This document shows, one piece after another, positions 56,729-64,000 of a stretch of DNA of 64,000 nucleotides. The stretch's first letter is position 1; each line of letters starts with the position of its first letter. Below the pieces are notes generated by a model. The model searched no databases. It had not been told where the DNA came from and saw nothing but the letters and a program-made list of their open reading frames with translations. This stretch comes from the human T2T-CHM13v2.0 reference genome, Homo sapiens, in assembly GCF_009914755.1 (NCBI RefSeq), contig NC_060947.1; one strand, given 5' to 3'. A program made the position numbers and the translations under genes.

Positions 56729-57237
56729 AAGGAAAAGTGTACTTTAAAAAACTATTGTTCAAATAAGTTTCAGTGAGAATTGTTTTTAAAACACTGAGAT
56801 GTCGATTTTATTTACAAGTAAGATCTGTATGTATGAGTAACTTCAGGAGAAAGAGACAAGGAATCTTTGGCATTGAGACGCTTTTAAGGCTACTGTTGAG
56901 GAAGTAGCTATTTACCTAATACAATAATTTATCTGAAAACAGAAGGATGCTTCAAAATATCTTTAGTCTAAAATCAAAAGTAAACTATTACCTTCTGTTT
57001 CGTGTGATATTTCAAAATCTTCAGCAAATTTAAAAGTAGAGAAAAAGAAGAGTAGAGTGCAGTAAGAGAACTAAGTGAGGTTCAAAGAAAACCTGTTGTT
57101 TAATGCAGATTTAAATAGTGGGGAAAATGAAACTTATTTAAAGTGGTGGGGATATTTTAAGTATGTAAATGTCTGTGAGAAGAGAAAGTGGGGTTTAAAA
57201 AATTGTTTGCTTAAGATTATCATTGTTAAATATATTT

Positions 57238-59590
57238 CTTTTTTTTATTTGTATAAATTTAGGGGATACAAGTGTCACATGGATATATTGTGTGGTGGTA
57301 AAGTCTGGACTTTAACCATTACTCAAACAGTATACATTGCACATTATTTTATTTCTTATCCCTCACCCCCCTCCCAGTCTCCCTTCCCTGAGTCTACAAT
57401 GTCTTTTATTCCACACTTTATGTACATGTGTACACATTATTTAGCTCCCACTTATAAGTAAGAACATTTGGTATTTAACTTTGTTTGAGTTATTTAACTT
57501 ATGAGAATGGCCTCCCGTTCCATCCATTTTGCAAAGATATGATTCTATATCTTTGCTATTGTGAATAGTACTATAAAAATATGAGTGCACTTATCTTTTT
57601 GATATATATTTGGGTATATATTCAGTAGTAGGATTGCTGGATCACAGGTAGATCTATTTTTAGTTTTTCTGAGAAATCTCTGTACTGTTTTCTAAAGAGA
57701 TTGTACTAATTTACATTCCCACCAATGCTATACAAGAGTTGCCTTTTTGCCACAAGCTTGCTAACATCTGTTATTTTTTGACTTTTCAATAATAGCCATT
57801 CTGACTGGCATAAGATGATATCTCATTGTGGTTTTAATTTACATTTCTCTGATGATTAGTGATGATGGGCATTTTTTCATATGCCTTTTGGCCATTTGTA
57901 TGTCTTCTTTAAAGAAATAACTATTCAGATCATTTGTCCATTTTTAGATTGGATTATTTGGATTTTTGCTGTGGAGTTGAGTTCCTTGTAGATTCTGGAT
58001 ATTAGTCCCTTGTCAGATGCATAGTTTTTGAACATTTTATCCCATTCTGCAGGTTGTCTGTTCATTCTATTGATTATTTCTTTTGCTGTGCAGAAACTTT
58101 AGTTTCAGTCCCATTTGTCTATTTTTGTTTTTGTTGCATTCAATTTTGAGGTCTTAGTTATGAATTCTTGGCCTACGGCAATGTCCAGAAGAGTTTTTTC
58201 TAGGTTTACTTCTAGTATATATAGCTTCAGGTCTTACATTTAAGTATTTTGTTCATCTTGAGTTAATTTTTGCATATGGTGAAAGATAGGGGTCCAGTTT
58301 CATTCTTCTGTATATGGGAATCCAATTTTCCCAGCACAATTTATTGAAAAGGGTGTCCTATTCCCAGTGTATGTTTCTGTTGACTTTGTCAAAGATCAAA
58401 CTGGCTGTAGGTATTTGTCTTTATTTCTGATTTCTTCATTCTGTTCCATTGATTTTTGTGTCTGTTTTTATACTAGTACCATGCTGTTTTGGCTATTACA
58501 GACTTTCAGTATAATTTGAAATCAAGTCGTGTGATGACTCTGGCTTTGCTCTTTTTGCTTAGAATTGCTTTGGCTATTTGGGCTCCTTTATGGTTCCCTA
58601 TGAATTTTAGGATTGTTACTTCTAATTCTGTGAAAAATGACATTGGTATTTTGATAGGAATGGAAGTGAATTGCAGATTGCTTCGGGAAGTCTGGTCATT
58701 TTAGTGATATTGATCCTTTTAATCCATGAACATGGGATGTTTTCCTATTTGATTGTGTCATCTATAGTTTGTTTCATCAATGTCTTGTAGTTTTATTTGT
58801 ACAGATATTTCACCACCTTAGATAAATATTCCTAGGTTTCTTTATTTCTTTTTTTTTGTAGGTATGGTAAATGGGATTGACTTCTTGATTTGGTTGTCAG
58901 CTTGATCATTATTGTTGTATAGAAATGCTACTGTTTTTTGTATGTTGATGTTGGATCTTGAAACTTTACTGGATTCATTGATCAAATCTTAGAGTCTTTT
59001 GGAGGATTTTTTAGGGTTTTCTAGGTATAAAATCATATTGTCAGCAAACAGAGATAATTTGACTCTCTCTTTTCCAATTTGGATACCTTTTCTTTCTCAT
59101 GCCTGATGGCTCTGGCTAAGACTTCCAGTACTATGTTGAATAAGAGTGGTGGATGGGCATCCTTTCTGTTTTTCCAGTACTTAGGGGGAGTGGCTTCAAC
59201 TTTTCTTCATTCAGTGTGATGTTGGCTGTGGGTTTGTTATACATAGCTTTTATTATTTTAAGGTATGTTTCTTCTATGCCTAGTTTGTTGAGGGTTTTTA
59301 TCATGAAGAGATACTAAATTTTATTGAATTCTTTTTTTGCTTGCATCTGTTGAGACAATAATAGGGTTTTTGTTTTTAATTATATTTATGTGGTGAATTA
59401 CATTTATTGATTTGCATATGTTGAACCATGCTTGCATCCCTGGAATAAAACACACTTGGTTGTGGTATATTATCTTCATGATATGATGTTGGATTCAGTT
59501 TGGTAGTATTTTGTTGAGGATTTTTGCACCTGTGTACATCAGGGATATTGATCTGTAGCTCTGTTTTTTGTTGTGTCCTTGTCTGGCTTT
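57238..59590 (-). mobile_element. L1PB4-like LINE-1, 5'-truncated
   Basis: 3' end aatttaggggatacaagtg...catggatatattgtgtggtggtaaagtctgg, followed by ORF2 antisense. Possible TSD tatatttcttt (57231-57241) / tatgtttcttt (59590-59600). Confidence 0.88.
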
Positions 59591-60289
59591 ATGTTTCTTT
59601 ATATGAGAGATAGTGACAAATATTTGTGTTTAATTTTTTTTAAGTTTGAAAATAGTATGTAAACTGAGAGAATTAAAGGTGTGAAGCTTATTTTTTCTGG
59701 TGGAAAAATACATGTATCTCCTGTAATTTGAAACAGAAGTGCTTTCATTCAGATGCTTTTATGTTAAACACTTGTAAAGCTGTAAAATTTTGCTATTACC
59801 ATAAGGGATCACATAGCTGGGTGCCATTCAAATTATAAAATCAATGAAAGTACCTTAAAATGTCAGTAAACAAATTTCTCGAGCTGCTGGCTATCTACTG
59901 GTGAAGATAGTGGTAGTTTCCCAATCTCATGCTGTCTGCTTCTCAGTTTAATTACCATGATGTGGTCGGAAGTATTTTCTGTACATTGGTCATGAGATAT
60001 TTTTGAAATGAGAATTAACAGCCTCACTGAACACCTGGTGTGATTTCACTCTTGACTCTCATTTGTAATGGTTGTTCTGCCTTTATTAATTCCACATAGC
60101 ACAGAACAAGTCTGGAGAAGTACATATAAGATTGCAAAATGTGGTTATCTGGCATGGGATAAGAATTAGGTTAAAGTTGGGGAATGTTCCTTTAACTTCT
60201 CACTTTGTATGTTTTTTCAAAATGGTGAACTTCCTAGTGAATTTTAACACTTTCATTTTTCAACTTTAACATGTATTTGCAAATTAATA

Positions 60290-60875
60290 AGTATATATAA
60301 CCTAGCAATTACATCCCAGTTACATAATCATGTTTACTAAAAGGCATACATTAGAATGTTCCTAGCATCACCTCTTGTAATAGCTTCAAACGGAAATATT
60401 GAAGTTCTACAAAAGAAGAATAGATAAATAAATGGGGGGTGTATTCACATTGTGGAATACTGTACAGCAATGAAAACGAATGACCTATAGCTACATATAA
60501 CAATGTGGATGAATCCTACAAATGTAATATTGGAAGAAGCCAGTCACAGAAGAGCTTGTACTATGTGATTCCATTACATGAAGTTCAATATTAGGCAAAG
60601 ACTTACCTATCCAGTTAGAGGCAGGATAGTAGTTATTTGTAGAGATGGAATCACTGGAAGGGTAAATAAGGAGGCTTCTGGGATGCATGTAATGCTCTGC
60701 TTCTTAATACAGAGAACAGTCAACACCCTTAATACAGGATGTTGATGCCACAATTAGCACCCTTAATACAAGGTGTTGATTGTACAATTATATACTTGGT
60801 AAATATTTATCAAAGTGACAGCTTATGAAATATGTCCTTTTATGTATTATATTACACTTCAGTTACAAGTTTTAA
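60290..60875 (+). mobile_element. Old L1 (L1MD/ME-type) 3' end
   Basis: gtattcacattgtggaatactgtacagcaatgaaaa, tggatgaatcctacaaatgtaatattg and tactatgtgattccattacatgaagttc. Confidence 0.72.
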
Positions 60876-62007
60876 AGTCTATTGATTACCAAGTGAAGAG
60901 GTTTTGATGTTTTAAAACATTATGAAGAACCTATTTGGAGGGAAAAAACCTCAAATTTTAGCTAGAGATCAACAACAGACTTTGAATTTGGCAATGCCTT
61001 ACACATTACAATTGCTAAATAAATGTATGTTGATGGACCAATGTGCTTTATTCTACTGATTATGTTAAAGCATGATGTTAAGAATTTAAGATAAATATTT
61101 GCAGTAAAGCTAGGCAAGACAAATAGCACTCAAAATTCCTTAAAAGTTTTTCCTTGGAGTATCGAGGAGTGTTCTTAAGAACATGGAAAGCTAATAATGT
61201 CTGACCAAGTGCACATATTCACTTTCTAAGGATATTACTAACTCCCTGCTTTATCTCTATTGATAATTTTTATCTGGCTTCAGCCCTCCTTTTAAGTGGT
61301 TTTTATTGAGTTTATTTCTGTGATGATGATTGATTGCCCTAACAGATTGGTAACCTGATGGGTTTTGGTCACAAAGATACCTTTCATAGTTATTGAATAA
61401 TATATATTATTTAGGAAATATTTATCAAATGGATGGTCATTTTTATATTAAGATGGAGACAGATCTATTTTAAGTGCTGCAGAATATGTTTTAAACAAAT
61501 ATATCATTTTCTGAATGAAGCCTTGGGGTAAAAATATGTCATATATATTAAAAATTTAAAAATTAAGTTATGTAAAATTAAGTATTGAACCACTACAATG
61601 CAATTTAACTGTCACCTTTCAACGTAAGGATTGAAGATCAGTTGAAATCTAGCAGGCTTTTCATAGCCTCGTCCTTGGATTAGGTTACATTAAGGTCTCA
61701 TAATTGTGAGATGGTTTTGTTTTGGTTCATTTAGCGTCTAAAACCATTAATATATTGTACATCAAGAACATAACAAATATGTGAACATTCTATGCCTCAG
61801 TAACTGTACACAGATATAAAGGTTGATTAGATTTCTTATAGGAAATACGTATTTTATATAAATATATTACATATTATATGATACATATATTTCTTACATG
61901 ATATACACATATGTGTTTCTTATATCGGCGAAGTAAATGTTTTTACTGAATGCAATATTTTCAATTATTATTTCAGCATTGAATGGTTTTTTACATATTA
62001 ATCTTTA

Positions 62008-62642
62008 AATTTTTTGTTGATCTACAATAGTCTTACATATTTGAGGGATACATGTGATATTTTGATACCTGTATACAATGTGTAATGATCAAGTCAGGGT
62101 TATTGGGATATCAGTCAACTCAAACATTTATCATTTCTTTGTTTTGAGAAAATGACAACTCTTCTTTTCTAGCTTTTTTTTTTTTGACACAGGGTCTTGC
62201 TCTGTCACCTAGATTGGATGGAGTGCAGTGTTGCAATCACAGCTCACTGCAGCCTTGAACTCTTGGGTCACGAGATCCTCCCACCTTGGCCTCCCAAAGC
62301 AATGGGGTTACAGACATGAGCCACTGTGCCTACCCTATTTTTAAATATATAATAAATAATTTTTAACTATAATTTCCGTATCATACTACCAATACTAGAA
62401 TGTATTCCTTCTATCTAACTGTGTTTTTGCATCCTTCACCAACTTTTCTTCATCCCTCCCTTCCTTTCCCAGCCTTTGATAAGCATCGTTCTACTCTCTA
62501 CCTCCTTGTGATCTACCTTTTTAGCTCCCACGTATGAGTGAGAACATGAAACATTTGTCTTTCTGTACTTGGCTTATTTCACTTAACATAATAACCTCCA
62601 GTTCCATCCATGTTGCTGCAAATAACGGTATTTCAGTTTTTA
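62008..62642 (-). mobile_element. L1MA 3' end fragment with a nested Alu monomer
   Basis: gggatacatgtgatattttgatac...gcttatttcacttaacataataacctccagttccatccatgttgctgcaaat. Confidence 0.85.
62174..62334 (-). mobile_element. Monomeric Alu (AluJ-derived, left-arm 5' end and right-arm 3' end)
   Basis: Single ~160 bp monomer from poly-T gacacagggtcttgctctgtcacc to cctcccaaagc...atgagccactgtgcc. Confidence 0.85.
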
Positions 62643-63616
62643 AAAAAGAACATTTTCTACCATCTTTTCTTTACATTTAAATCTAATTTATGTATTTTGT
62701 TCAGATCTACTTTACTTGTGTTACCTTTTAAAATATTTTCTATTTCCTTTACTTGAGGGGGAGCAATTCATTTTCATGGAACTCCAACTCCATTTTCCTC
62801 ACAATGATCTCTGCAATAAGGGTTTACACGTCCTCTTTCAATGCAGCCTAAGTGAAAAGTCTTGAGACTGTTCTGTTTTATTAGACTGTCTTCTATACTG
62901 ATCCCCAGGTGGCTCTATAAGTCTTTGTCAAGGGAAGCTTTGGAGAGATGAGTTAGGTTTAAAAATCTAGTTGCATTTTAAAGAGATGAAGCACCAGCAT
63001 CTGAAAAATACGCCAGGGAAAGCAGAATAAATGAGGGATGTGAAGAAATAAAAGTTACAGAGGTTGAGGCTTGGCTATTGTGGTTTTCAAATGCAAACCT
63101 ACAGAGATGTTGGATGTCAGAGGATTTTGGAGCTGTTGCAGAAAGGAATGAAGAAAAATAAAATTGAAATAACTCATGACTTATTATTGTTTCCTGAAGC
63201 ATGTTCTAAGTTTAGAAAAATATAAGAATAAAAGTGGCTTTGAGTTATGTAAAAATTAATTTTTAAAATGCAAAAGCCCTACTATTCTTAGGAATACAAA
63301 TTAAATTAATTGGATTAGATTGATGAATTCAAGTGTTTCTCAATAAGCCAAGGATCAAAAACAATTTTAAGATGTTAGATAGTGTTACATAGTCTTCTTC
63401 ACTGTCATCTAATACAGTAACCTAATCTCAGGCATTTTCTAAGAATTAGGGCATATTTAAATTAAGTATAGTCTAGCTCCTCAAATTAAATTTTATAATG
63501 ATGTAAAAAATTAGTTTAAATGCCTAGGTATTTTGAAATATCACTTTTTTCAAATTTTCTTTTAATGTTCTAAAATGTGTATTGTTTATATTATTCGAAG
63601 GATCCCATGAATATTC

Positions 63617-63894
63617 CTTTTTGTTGTTGTGTTGTTTTGTTTTGGGAGACACGGTCTTGCTCCATTGCCCAGGCTGGAGTACAGTGGTGTGATCACAGCT
63701 CACTGCAACCTCAATCTCCTGGGCTCAAGTGATCCTCCGACCTCAGCCTCTTGAGTAGCAAGGGCTATAGGTGTACACCACCACAACTAGCTAACTTTTG
63801 AAACTTATTTTTTGTAGTGATAGTGTCTCACCATTTTGCCCAGGCTGGTCTTGAACTCCTGGACTCAAGTGATCCTCCTGCCTCAGCCTCCCAA
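63617..63894 (-). mobile_element. AluJ, 5'-truncated
   Basis: (ttg)n tail, gatcacagctcactgc and ggctcaagtgatcctcc. Stops at cctcccaa. aatattc flanks both sides (63610-63616, 63897-63903). Confidence 0.9.
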
Positions 63895-63924
63895 CTAATA
63901 TTCTTAAATTTGATATATTATTTC

Positions 63925-63975
63925 CTTTTTTATTAATACATAATAGTTGTATATATTCATGGGGTACATGTGATA
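63925..63975 (-). mobile_element. Very short L1MA 3'-terminal fragment
   Basis: tttttattaatacataatagttgtatatattcatggggtacatgtgata. Confidence 0.6.
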
Positions 63976-64000
63976 GAATACTAAGCAGGGAGGTGAAATA

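Overview
AT-rich primate (human-like) non-coding DNA, intronic or intergenic, dominated by interspersed repeats. I found no intact host gene, RNA gene or CRISPR array. The long ORFs are L1 ORF2/ORF1 remnants, Alu read-throughs or low-complexity artefacts. Main content: the 3' end of a fairly young L1PA (1-2085); about a dozen Alus; several older L1s; MER2, MLT1 and THE1 elements; an ERVL 3' end with an MLT2 LTR; and a ~10 kb minus-strand L1MA-like element carrying nested insertions (a twin-primed L1PA and an LTR12 solo LTR). Best second-look items: (1) a ~1.9 kb AT-rich minisatellite with 28+33=61 bp higher-order periodicity, bracketed by an ~80 bp inverted repeat; (2) a probable ancient ~1.5 kb tandem duplication at 20-24.7 kb; (3) several direct-repeat plus fold-back micro-rearrangements; (4) a possible decayed Gypsy-gag relic at 10.4-10.9 kb; (5) a ~500 bp pyrimidine tract inside an LTR. 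I cannot support a previously undescribed biological system from this sequence alone. Subfamily calls come from remembered consensus features, and boundaries of old repeats are approximate.
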